Notes: generated by a model from the sequence alone, not told the origin. Numbered from the stretch's first letter, positions 7,557 to 15,833 are shown. The stretch is 32,000 bases of DNA from an uncultured Lentisphaeria bacterium (GCA_951812855.1 OX638337.1:990001-1022000); one strand, 5' to 3'. Program-made: numbers and translations.

Positions 7557-9102
7557 TTTCAATTTGGTAGATGATAACCTTTATAATGCCAAAATAACGT
7601 CCGCTTTTCTGGAAACAGATCCTTATTCATCAGATTCATTGTCCAGGAATCATCAATACGCGTCATCACGGTCTGACATCGACCGCGAATTTTTGTCGGA
7701 GACTTTTTCTGAATATAATAATGTCATCGGTAATGACTCCACGGCACTTTATAATTGCAGTCGAATAAGAAATGCAGGTTCAATGGCAGTGGTTACAGGC
7801 CAGCAGGCCGGGATGCTGACCGGTCCATTATACACGATATATAAGATTATTACGGCTGTTAATTTTGCAAAGCATTGTGAACATAAGTTTAAGACACCTG
7901 TCATCCCGGTTTTTTGGAACGCAACCGAAGATCATGATTTAAGTGAAGTCGAATCATTTCATTATCCTGGCAAGAAGTGGTCTGCCACTTTTTCACAAAA
8001 CGGAGTTGCAGCACAATTTTTAAACGTAAATCCGGCATGTTCGAATCTTGTTTACAATTTCCTGGATTCAATCTCAGAAATAAATCATAAAGATGAAATT
8101 ACATCTATACTGACAAATGAGTTTGAAAAATACGGAGAATTTTCATCGTCAGTGACAGCCCGGTTATTTAAGGGGACGGGTCTGGTCATTATTGAACCAA
8201 AATTATTGCGTAAAAAGTCAACTCCATTTTTTCAAAAGTGCATCAGCCATTGTCATGATATCAGAAATGGATTGGAGCAGGCCGGTGTTCTCTTACAGCA
8301 AAATAAAATTAAGCCTGCATTTCAGGTGTCCGGGGATTCAACAGGACTTTTTTATATAACAGATGACGGGATTCGATATCAAATAAAAAATAGGAAAAAT
8401 GACTTTTTTATTAATAACAAATGGGTTTCGGAATCTTCAGCGTTACAACTTATTGCCGAGTCTTCTTCAAATTTTTCTACCGGTGCATACCTGAGACCCG
8501 TTTTGCAGTCAAAAATTATTCCTGCTCTGGCATATATAGCAGGTCCAGCGGAATATAGGTATCATTTACAACTGAAAAATATATTTCACATGTTTGATGT
8601 TAAAATGCCTGTAATTCTACCCAGAAATCATGCAACCATTTTGACAAAAAAAGAATTGAAAGTTGCGAATAAACTGGGTTTGAAAATTCATGATTATTTT
8701 GAAGGTCCTCAAAAATTTTATCATCAGCACAAGTTATATAAAAAAGGAAGAGACAGTTTTAAGAATGCTGAACAGGCCTTGATAGACATCGCTGAGAATT
8801 TGGCTCAGGACATACCGGATTTAGTCAATGAGAATGTATTAAATCAGTTTAAATCAAACTTGGGTATTCAATTAGACAAACTTGAAAAACGCGTTGCGAA
8901 AGAAGTCTTGAGACGCGAGGGAATTGACAATGCCAGAATTGATCGGTTTTATAATTGTATTTTCCCGAAAAAATCTATGCAGGAACGATGGATTAATATC
9001 TTTTATTTTATTGAACAAAATGGTTTATCCATTATCAGTGATTTGTTGAAAATTATCGATCCTTTAGAACGGCGACATTATGTTGTTTATACAGACCATT
9101 AG
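7537..9102 (+). CDS. bshC: Bacillithiol biosynthesis cysteine-adding enzyme BshC
   Basis: 521 aa. The signature block AVVTGQQAGMLTGPLYTIYKIITAVNFAK..PVIPVFWNATEDHDLSEV closely parallels Bacillus BshC (VVGGQQAGLLTGPLYTIHKI..PVIPIFWVAGEDHDLDE). TTG start overlaps the upstream gene. Confidence 0.9.
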   Translation: MTVTFHNFNLVDDNLYNAKITSAFLETDPYSSDSLSRNHQYASSRSDIDREFLSETFSEYNNVIGNDSTALYNCSRIRNAGSMAVVTGQQAGMLTGPLYTIYKIITAVNFAKHCEHKFKTPVIPVFWNATEDHDLSEVESFHYPGKKWSATFSQNGVAAQFLNVNPACSNLVYNFLDSISEINHKDEITSILTNEFEKYGEFSSSVTARLFKGTGLVIIEPKLLRKKSTPFFQKCISHCHDIRNGLEQAGVLLQQNKIKPAFQVSGDSTGLFYITDDGIRYQIKNRKNDFFINNKWVSESSALQLIAESSSNFSTGAYLRPVLQSKIIPALAYIAGPAEYRYHLQLKNIFHMFDVKMPVILPRNHATILTKKELKVANKLGLKIHDYFEGPQKFYHQHKLYKKGRDSFKNAEQALIDIAENLAQDIPDLVNENVLNQFKSNLGIQLDKLEKRVAKEVLRREGIDNARIDRFYNCIFPKKSMQERWINIFYFIEQNGLSIISDLLKIIDPLERRHYVVYTDH

Positions 9103-9187
9103 GTCCATATCAGCAAATCATAGATTTAACGTTGTGAAGTCTGACTGAAATGAAGAATGTAATACAACCAGAAAGAGTTGATACATT

Positions 9188-9898
9188 ATGGAATTGGATT
9201 ATTTATTCTTGGCGGCCCACCCTGATGACGCAGAGCTATATTGTGGGGGATCAATTATTAAATTCAGGGAGAATGGTTATAGAGTGGGTATCCTGGATTT
9301 TACCAGAGGTGAAGCGGCAACTTCGGGTACAGTGGAAGACCGTGATCGCGAAACATTAACATCAAATGCAGTCCTCCAGCCAGATGTCAGGCACAACCTT
9401 GGACTTGTTGACAGTGGGTTGAGGGATGACGGGAATACGAGAATTCTGGTTGTTAATTATATTCGCAAGTATAGAGTTAAAGTATTGATTGCACCTCATG
9501 GACCATGCAGACATCCTGACCATACTGCTGTATCGACGCTGGCGAAAAATGTTTTTTTCTTTTCAGGTGCGGGCAAGTTCCCGTCTGATCATGAACGCTG
9601 GCAACCGCTGCAGCTTATTTACCATATGGAATTCCAGGATGTAAGACCGTCGTTTGTCGTTGATATTTCAGAACAGTTTGAACGAAAGATAAAGACAATT
9701 GAAGCATATAGTACCCAGTTCTATACGGATAGTAATCAAAATGAAAAGACACTGATCGGTTCCCATCGTTTTCGAGAGTTGATGATATCTCGGTTTAAGT
9801 ATTATGGAAATCTTATAAATTGTGATTATGGAGAACCCTATATTCTTGACGAAACTCTAAGAATAGATGATCCTTTAAAGAACAAATTGGAAGGATAG
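9188..9898 (+). CDS. bshB: N-acetyl-alpha-D-glucosaminyl L-malate deacetylase BshB (LmbE/PIG-L family)
   Basis: LmbE motifs AAHPDDAELYCGGSI, GILDFTRGE and HPDHTAV. Sits between bshC and bshA. Confidence 0.85.
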   Translation: MELDYLFLAAHPDDAELYCGGSIIKFRENGYRVGILDFTRGEAATSGTVEDRDRETLTSNAVLQPDVRHNLGLVDSGLRDDGNTRILVVNYIRKYRVKVLIAPHGPCRHPDHTAVSTLAKNVFFFSGAGKFPSDHERWQPLQLIYHMEFQDVRPSFVVDISEQFERKIKTIEAYSTQFYTDSNQNEKTLIGSHRFRELMISRFKYYGNLINCDYGEPYILDETLRIDDPLKNKLEG

Positions 9899-9907
9899 GG
9901 TGAACGC

Positions 9908-11023
9908 ATGAATATCGGTATTGTTTGTTATCCATCAATTGGCGGGTCGGGCCTGATTGCAACTGAACTTGGAGTTAACCTCGCGAAACTGGACCATCAA
10001 ATACATTTTATTTCATACTCAGTACCGTTCAAACTGTCAGTTTTCGACCGGAATGTCAACTTTCACTCTGTTGATCCCATTAACTATCCCTTATTTAATC
10101 AAACGTTATACACATTTTCACTGACCGCAAAAATTATTGATGTCGTCAGAGAATATAAACTCGATCTTGTCCATGCACATTATTCGATACCCCATTCGCT
10201 ATGTGCACATTTAGCCAGGGAAGTCAGCGGGTGTGATTTTAAAATTATTACAACATTGCATGGTACAGACGTAACAATTGTCGGCCAAAATAAACCCTTA
10301 TTTTCTTTGAATAAATATGGGATAGAGCAAAGTGATATGGTGACAACTGTATCACAATTCCAGAAAGAACATACGAATCGGTATATTGGTATTGCCAATG
10401 AAATAGAGGTGATTTATAATTTTGTTGATGCGGATATCTTCAGACCTGTTCCAAAAGGAAAATGCAGGGAATCACTGGCCTCGCCCGATGAAAAAATAAT
10501 CATGCACATTTCAAATTTTCGGTCGCCGAAAGATCCCGAAGGAGTCATTAATATATTTCATGAAGTTTTGAAAAAAATCGAAGCGAAACTTGTCTTGATT
10601 GGTGACGGTCCGGGAATCGGAGAAATTAAAACATTATGTAAAGAGTTTAAAATCTGTGATAATGTTTGTTTCCTGGGAAAAATCGACAATGTCGAAAATC
10701 TGATACCTATGGCTGATTGTATATTACAACCCAGTTTAAGAGAATCATTCGGAATGGGTTTATTAGAGGCAATGTCCTGTGAAGTTCCTACGGTCAGCAG
10801 TAATGTCGATGGAATTCCTGAAGTAGTCGTTGATGGAGAAACTGGACTCATGGCTAATCCGGGAGATTATAAGACATTATCTGAGCATGTTATTAAAATT
10901 TGTTCGTCGGTGGATTGGGCAAAAAAGATGGGGAAAAACGGACGTCGGGTTGCTATTGAAAGATTCAACAAAGACAAAATCATCAGTGAATACCTAAAGT
11001 GTTATGAAAATGTGTTGAGCTGA
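9908..11023 (+). CDS. bshA: N-acetyl-alpha-D-glucosaminyl L-malate synthase BshA (GT4 glycosyltransferase)
   Basis: The N-terminus MNIGIVCYPSIGGSGLIATELGVNLAKLDHQIHFISYSVPF parallels Bacillus BshA ([39 protein letters not shown]). Also HAHYSIPHSLCAHLA, TTLHGTDVT and the GT4 C-terminal E(x7)E region SFGMGLLEAMSCEVP. Confidence 0.9.
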   Translation: MNIGIVCYPSIGGSGLIATELGVNLAKLDHQIHFISYSVPFKLSVFDRNVNFHSVDPINYPLFNQTLYTFSLTAKIIDVVREYKLDLVHAHYSIPHSLCAHLAREVSGCDFKIITTLHGTDVTIVGQNKPLFSLNKYGIEQSDMVTTVSQFQKEHTNRYIGIANEIEVIYNFVDADIFRPVPKGKCRESLASPDEKIIMHISNFRSPKDPEGVINIFHEVLKKIEAKLVLIGDGPGIGEIKTLCKEFKICDNVCFLGKIDNVENLIPMADCILQPSLRESFGMGLLEAMSCEVPTVSSNVDGIPEVVVDGETGLMANPGDYKTLSEHVIKICSSVDWAKKMGKNGRRVAIERFNKDKIISEYLKCYENVLS

Positions 11024-11132
11024 ATATTATTTTTGATAAATTACTTGCGATTTGAATCACACAGTTCATGAATTTACTTAAACCATAATCACGAAATCGG
11101 TAACCTGAAATCAGGTTGATCCACTCGATTTT

Positions 11133-11450
11133 TCAGTTATGCCTGAACGTGAACATCGTATTATTTAGCACCTCTTTAATCGCAGATGCCGGTTTAGATA
11201 AATCAATTGGTTTCATGACGCAGTCATATACACCCGCTTCCTTCGCTTTTTCAGGGCTGGTACTGCCACTGAAACCCGAAGCAAGTATAACGGGGATATT
11301 CGGATTAATTTCCAGAATATGTTTGACCAGATCAGTTCCAGTCATTCCGGGCATTGTCTGGTCGGTAAAGATTAGATCAAATCGTTCTGAATTCGATTTA
11401 ATTTTCCGAGAAGCAGAGATTATATTTTTATGTATTTGAGGGAATTTCCA
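11133..11450 (-). pseudogene. Relic of a response-regulator receiver domain (N-terminal third missing or degenerate)
   Basis: The minus strand reads ..SNSERFDLIFTDQTMPGMTGTDLVKHILEINPNIPVILASGFSGSTSPEKAKEAGVYDCVMKPID... This holds the phospho-acceptor Asp (FTD), the beta4 Ser (LAS) and the beta5 Lys-Pro (MKP). Only 22 codons precede FDLIF before an in-frame TAA at 11451-11453. No DD acidic pocket and no plausible start are recognisable; the only ATG is the MPGMTG Met. Confidence 0.5.
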
Positions 11451-11650
11451 TTATTTTTCGTCTATCAGTTCATATCTCAATCTAAATTGACAAAAAAAAT
11501 TGGCTGTTGCTAATTTGAATTTAAGTATTAAAATTGGGTTATAATCAGGAGACAAATCAAAATGAGAGTTCCTGATGTCATAGTGAAACGATATAATCGG
11601 CTAAATTTTTTGCATTTTTCTGAAAAACACACAATCGATTAGGGAATATA

Positions 11651-12475
11651 ATGCCAAAACCATACATGTTAACAAATGATCAGAAAATGCAGTTTGCCGC
11701 AATTTATGTCTTGGAATATATGATCAATAAACCGCATGAATTTCCATTATTTCTGGACAGGAATGATCAGGATCTTGAATCCATTCTTGAATGGCTTCTG
11801 ATTAAAGAGATGGTCCAAATCAAAAAAAATGAATCCTATTCTCCAACTGACAAAGGGCGGGAGAGTTTGACAAAATTTATGAATCGGTACACAGAATTTT
11901 TAAATGTATTTGATATATATTGTGCGGTTGATCTTAGCACCGGAGAATTTGCATTTGAGTCGTATTTCGATTTTGAAGACAAAGCATCCTGGGGAAAATA
12001 TCTCCATGAAGATCGATGGGAGGACCTGCGGGTTGCTGTAGCTGACTATAAGAAATTGAACCCGGTTGAAATTGTTTTTATGAGTTTTATAAGTGAAAAT
12101 CGATTCGGCAGGGATAAAACCGGATGGCAATTTGATTTATTATTGGGAAGTGTATGGGATGAGATATTGGAAATTTGCAATACTGCAGTCCAATGGGATG
12201 AATTAGGGTTCGAAGATGAAGAAGGCGACGTTCCCGCTGAAGCGGTTATTGAAGATGTCATTGTCCAGGGAGCAGAACATATCCTTGCTCTCCAAAAGGA
12301 AGAGTTGAACTGTAATCCAAAATATTTTAGTGATTATGATGAAAATTTTACAACGTCATCGAATGGTGAACTGAATAAGGGTCGGGTTGTAATAAACGAA
12401 TATTCCGTAGATTACTATGATCCTTATCTTGATCCGGGTTATGTCTCGCCAATATGGTTTGGATTTTGGTTTTAA
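11651..12475 (+). CDS. Hypothetical acidic protein (274 aa) with a possible N-terminal winged-helix region and an aromatic C-terminal tail
   Basis: Long ORF with no competing ORF. I recognise no family. The N-terminal segment LEWLLIKEMVQIKKNESYSPTDKGRESL resembles a wHTH recognition region. There is an acidic stretch GFEDEEGDVPAEAVIEDV. The C-terminus is YYDPYLDPGYVSPIWFGFWF. Confidence 0.6.
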   Translation: MPKPYMLTNDQKMQFAAIYVLEYMINKPHEFPLFLDRNDQDLESILEWLLIKEMVQIKKNESYSPTDKGRESLTKFMNRYTEFLNVFDIYCAVDLSTGEFAFESYFDFEDKASWGKYLHEDRWEDLRVAVADYKKLNPVEIVFMSFISENRFGRDKTGWQFDLLLGSVWDEILEICNTAVQWDELGFEDEEGDVPAEAVIEDVIVQGAEHILALQKEELNCNPKYFSDYDENFTTSSNGELNKGRVVINEYSVDYYDPYLDPGYVSPIWFGFWF

Positions 12476-12537
12476 TCCCGCCTTGCGGGCTGTCCTGCTA
12501 CACTCGGCTGCGGCGTTGATTGTAAAGACGAAGTTTC

Positions 12538-12567
12538 AAACAGCAGGATAATCAGTGACTGTTTTTT
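12538..12567 (+). terminator. Weak candidate intrinsic terminator after the 274-aa ORF
   Basis: AAACAGCA..TGACTGTTTTTTG forms an AU-rich stem of about 8 bp with one bulge, followed by a T-run. A separate short GC hairpin CCCGC-CTT-GCGGG (12477-12489) lies right after the stop codon. Confidence 0.25.
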
Positions 12568-12654
12568 GTAATTTCGTTAAGAATTTCTATTTTGTTTAGA
12601 TGAGACTATATTTTTTGATCTTTTTCAAAAAATAACACTATATAAGGAGCTCTT

Positions 12655-13068
12655 ATGAGTATTAACGTTCAAATCAGGAAAGAGGAAGAACTCAGTCGAT
12701 TCCTGGAGATTCATAATTTTCAGGTGGATGATTTAGACAATGGTGTCTATCGGGTTGTCAGAGAAACTGAGCTGCCGGTTTTTATAAAGGTATCGGAAGT
12801 GGCTGTTTATTTTGAGCTTGATCTGGGTAATATCACAGAACTGGCTGGTGAAGAGTTATACTTCAAATTATTAGATCTCAATACTGAAATATTGCCTGTC
12901 AGTTTTGGTATTAATAATTCAAATCCAGATGATCCCAGGCTTGTTCTCGTTGAAACTCGGGAACCATGTCACTTGAGTGACAATCAGTTACTCAGTGTAT
13001 TTGATGCAATTGAATTAGCTGCAGATAAGGCTGAAAAGCTTCTCACTTCATGTATTAGTGAAGGTTAA
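12655..13068 (+). CDS. Small acidic cytoplasmic protein, YjfI (DUF2170)/YbjN-like chaperone-fold candidate, PspA partner
   Basis: 137 aa with a strong SD AAGGAG 7 nt upstream. The pattern (VYRVVRETELPVFIKVSEVAVYFELDLG..LYFKLLDLNTEILPVSFGIN..RLVLVETRE..LSDNQLLSVFDAIELAADKAE) resembles YbjN/T3SS-chaperone-like proteins. It sits directly upstream of a PspA-family gene, as yjfI does for yjfJ in E. coli. The family call is tentative. Confidence 0.55.
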   Translation: MSINVQIRKEEELSRFLEIHNFQVDDLDNGVYRVVRETELPVFIKVSEVAVYFELDLGNITELAGEELYFKLLDLNTEILPVSFGINNSNPDDPRLVLVETREPCHLSDNQLLSVFDAIELAADKAEKLLTSCISEG

Positions 13069-13101
13069 AGTTCAATTAATTTTTAATAGAGGAGTCTGAT
13101 T

Positions 13102-13791
13102 ATGAGTATTTTTTCTCGCATTTTTAAGGTGGGACAAGCAACATTGAATAAATTGATTGATGGTCTGGAGGATCCAGAGAAAATGTTAGAACAGGCTGTC
13201 AGAGATAAAGCCCGGCAGATTCGTGAAGCAAAGAAAGCAATTCAGGAATGTATTGCAACAGAGCGACAGACCAGGGCTCAAATGGAAAAGGAAAAAACAG
13301 AAAAGTTTTCCTGGGAACAAAAAGCTGAGGCCGCATTGAAAGCAGGTCAGGAAGAACTCGCTGTAAAGGCATTGTCACGAGCCACTGAGCATGAACAAAA
13401 AGCTAAATTGTTGGAATCCAACTGGCAGCAGCAAAAAAGCAGTGTTGACTCTCTTAAAAAAGATATCATGAAACTGGAAGATGAACTTGCTGAATTCAAG
13501 CGGAATAAAGATTTTATTGTCGCTCAAAGCAAAGCCGGGGATGTTAAAAAACAAATTTATGAAGCCAAAGCAAAAATCAGCAGTAAAGATACATCGGATG
13601 ATCTTATGGCTCGATTAAAGGCAAAGGCAGAGAGAACAACCCATGAAGCTGATGCTGCAGAGGAACTCGCTGAAACACTTGACGGCGGAGACAGTTTGGA
13701 GAAAGAGTTCAAAGATATTGGTGCTGCCGGTGTTGATGTTGACGTTCAGAATAAACTCAATGCTATGAAAGCAAAATTAGGGAATGCGTAA
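13102..13791 (+). CDS. pspA: PspA/IM30 (Vipp1/YjfJ) family protein, a bacterial ESCRT-III homologue
   Basis: 229 aa. Canonical N-terminus MSIFSRIFKVGQATLNKLIDGLEDPEKMLEQAVRD followed by a long heptad coiled coil (..AEAALKAGQEELAVKALSR..). SD AGGAG upstream. Confidence 0.9.
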   Translation: MSIFSRIFKVGQATLNKLIDGLEDPEKMLEQAVRDKARQIREAKKAIQECIATERQTRAQMEKEKTEKFSWEQKAEAALKAGQEELAVKALSRATEHEQKAKLLESNWQQQKSSVDSLKKDIMKLEDELAEFKRNKDFIVAQSKAGDVKKQIYEAKAKISSKDTSDDLMARLKAKAERTTHEADAAEELAETLDGGDSLEKEFKDIGAAGVDVDVQNKLNAMKAKLGNA

Positions 13792-14030
13792 CGGGCAGGA
13801 AGCTCAGTATTTTCACCGATTATATATACTCAAAGCCTTGCCGGCATAAAATAGGGTTACTTCATTATATAATGTGTGCAAAAATGGGACTGGAGCGATG
13901 AGTTCCAATAAAACACTTTAATTTTGAGCAGTATTTAATGTGACTCCGCTGACCCCTGAACCCAAAGAACCCAGACGCTGTGAAGGGGGACACTCATTGA
14001 TAATCGCAGCGTATTTGTTATCTAATTGGT

Positions 14031-14429
14031 ATGAATGATTCTATAGACTTAACTTCTCAAAATCCAACTTGCCCTTTAGGAAGACAGATACTGGTAGATT
14101 TATATGATTGTGATACAGACTGTCTTAATCATGTCGAGGTAATAAAAACAATACTGATTGAGGTTGCTGATTCAATAAATACAAATGTTATTGATTCATC
14201 ATTTCATGAATTTTCACCCTGTGGTGTAAGTGGCGTACTTATTATTTCTGAAAGCCATATTGCTATTCATACATGGCCGGAACTCGGCTTTGCAGCGGTT
14301 GATGTATTTACATGTGGAGATAGACTCAACCCTGATTTAATTCAATCTGAATTCGGTCGTCGGTTTGGAGCGAAGCGTTCCGAAAAGCAGATAATTTATC
14401 GTGGAAATGAACGAATGAAACAGTCATAA
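14031..14429 (+). CDS. speH: S-adenosylmethionine decarboxylase proenzyme, small pyruvoyl type (SpeH / Bacillus SpeD type)
   Basis: GRQILVDLYDCD.., FHEFSPCGVSGVLIISESHIAIHTWPELGFAAVDVFTCG. The self-processing ES/H site and overall collinearity with Bacillus AdoMetDC ([32 protein letters not shown]). Confidence 0.9.
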   Translation: MNDSIDLTSQNPTCPLGRQILVDLYDCDTDCLNHVEVIKTILIEVADSINTNVIDSSFHEFSPCGVSGVLIISESHIAIHTWPELGFAAVDVFTCGDRLNPDLIQSEFGRRFGAKRSEKQIIYRGNERMKQS

Positions 14430-14477
14430 ACTCTTCCCTGTGTTGTAGTGTGAATTTAATAATTTTCTGATATTACA

Positions 14478-15833
14478 ATGGTTAACGTCGATAAAATAAC
14501 TAAATATTGTTTAGGAAATTTCAGTAATTTAAAAAATCAGATGATTTCTCAGGATCATGCATCAGATTTTGAAATTGATTTTGAAATTACGTACATATTA
14601 TTCCTGGCATCACATATTGATGGAGATCTTACGTATAGGGAAAATCAGTTTTCCGAAAGCGTTGGGGACTGTCTTGGCTGGTCTGAATTCTATGCGTCAC
14701 TGCTGACTTCCAGGGTACTTAAACAGCCATCATACCAAATAGAGCATTTAAAAATTGCTCATAAGCATAAGAAATTTGGTTATACGCTGTTTCATCTCGC
14801 CTATTGCATGGTGCTTATTGACGGTGATTTAAATGTAGACGAGCGGGCGTTTATCGGCAACTTAAGAGATTCTCTTTTTGGAGATTCCAAAGAAATCTGT
14901 GAAGAAATAGAACTGAATATCAATGATGTATTTGAGGGGAAAATGAACAGAGTTCCAACCGAATTTGATCTAAATGATTTCAGTGGTATTACAAACAGTG
15001 TTGATGATGAAACGGTCAGTTTGAAAGAATGTATGGAGGAACTTGACAGTCTGGTTGGATTAGATCATGTCAAAGATGAAATAAAAAAATTAATCAGCTA
15101 TTTGAATATTCAAAAAAAACGGCGTGAATTGGACTTGTCATGTACAAATTTATCGTTACACATGGTATTTACCGGAAACCCGGGCACAGGAAAAACAACC
15201 GTCGCACGATTAATCGCTAAAATTTATAATGCATTGGGTTTTTTAGATAAAGGGCATTTAGTAGAAACTGATCGGAGCGGGCTTGTTGGGCAGTATGTTG
15301 GCCATACTGAAATTAAGACATCTGAAGTGATAAACAAAGCACTTGACGGGATCCTGTTCATTGATGAAGCATACAGTTTGCATAAAGATTCAGAAAGTGA
15401 TTTTGGTGAAGAGGCAATAGACACTCTGGTTAAAAGGTTGGAAGATCATCGTGACCGTTTAGTTGTCATTGCAGCTGGATATGAGGGGGAAATGCATGAG
15501 TTTATTGACTCTAATCCAGGTATGCGGTCACGCTTTAACACCTATATAAATTTTTCAAATTATTCCTCAAAAGAATTGTTTGAGATATTCGAATTAATGA
15601 GTAAAGAAAATGATTATCTTCTTGATAAGAGTGCTGCCTCAAAGTTGTTACAAGTCTTTGAATCCAAAGTTGAAAATGCTGGAACAGGATTTGGTAATGG
15701 TCGATTCGCACGCAATTTATTTGAACAAATTCTGCGAAATCAGGCCCTTCGGCTGAGCGAAGTCAATAACCTTGCCAAAGAGGACTTGATTACAATTAAA
15801 GCCCAGGATATACAATCTGCAGTTTTAGATTAA
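14478..15833 (+). CDS. TerB-like N-terminal domain fused to a CbbX/SpoVK-type AAA+ ATPase
   Basis: The N-terminal ~150 aa carry two TerB/DjlA-N-like repeats (ASHIDGDLTYRENQF and MVLIDGDLNVDERAFIGNL). The C-terminal part has Walker A FTGNPGTGKTTVAR, Walker B ILFIDEAYSL, and VIAAGYEGEM..NPGMRSRF, typical of the CbbX/SpoVK/EccA AAA+ subfamily. It has no sigma-54 interaction or HTH region, so it is not PspF. Confidence 0.85.
   Translation: MVNVDKITKYCLGNFSNLKNQMISQDHASDFEIDFEITYILFLASHIDGDLTYRENQFSESVGDCLGWSEFYASLLTSRVLKQPSYQIEHLKIAHKHKKFGYTLFHLAYCMVLIDGDLNVDERAFIGNLRDSLFGDSKEICEEIELNINDVFEGKMNRVPTEFDLNDFSGITNSVDDETVSLKECMEELDSLVGLDHVKDEIKKLISYLNIQKKRRELDLSCTNLSLHMVFTGNPGTGKTTVARLIAKIYNALGFLDKGHLVETDRSGLVGQYVGHTEIKTSEVINKALDGILFIDEAYSLHKDSESDFGEEAIDTLVKRLEDHRDRLVVIAAGYEGEMHEFIDSNPGMRSRFNTYINFSNYSSKELFEIFELMSKENDYLLDKSAASKLLQVFESKVENAGTGFGNGRFARNLFEQILRNQALRLSEVNNLAKEDLITIKAQDIQSAVLD

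Noticed and set aside
9150-9359. 69-aa ORF starting upstream of bshB.
   Set aside because: It is out of frame with, and largely overlapped by, bshB, whose LmbE motifs begin right at its ATG (9188). The 69-aa translation has no recognisable features.
12476-12654. Sigma-54 (TGGCAC-N5-TTGC) or clear sigma-70 promoter upstream of the YjfI-like/PspA pair. I also considered a TTGACA-N18-TAATTT candidate at 11490-11519 upstream of the 274-aa ORF.
   Set aside because: No -24/-12 match was found by eye. The sigma-70-like hexamers near 12617-12646 would place the transcription start inside the SD. The 11490 candidate has a poor -10 and lies in degenerate receiver-relic sequence. None is strong enough to annotate.
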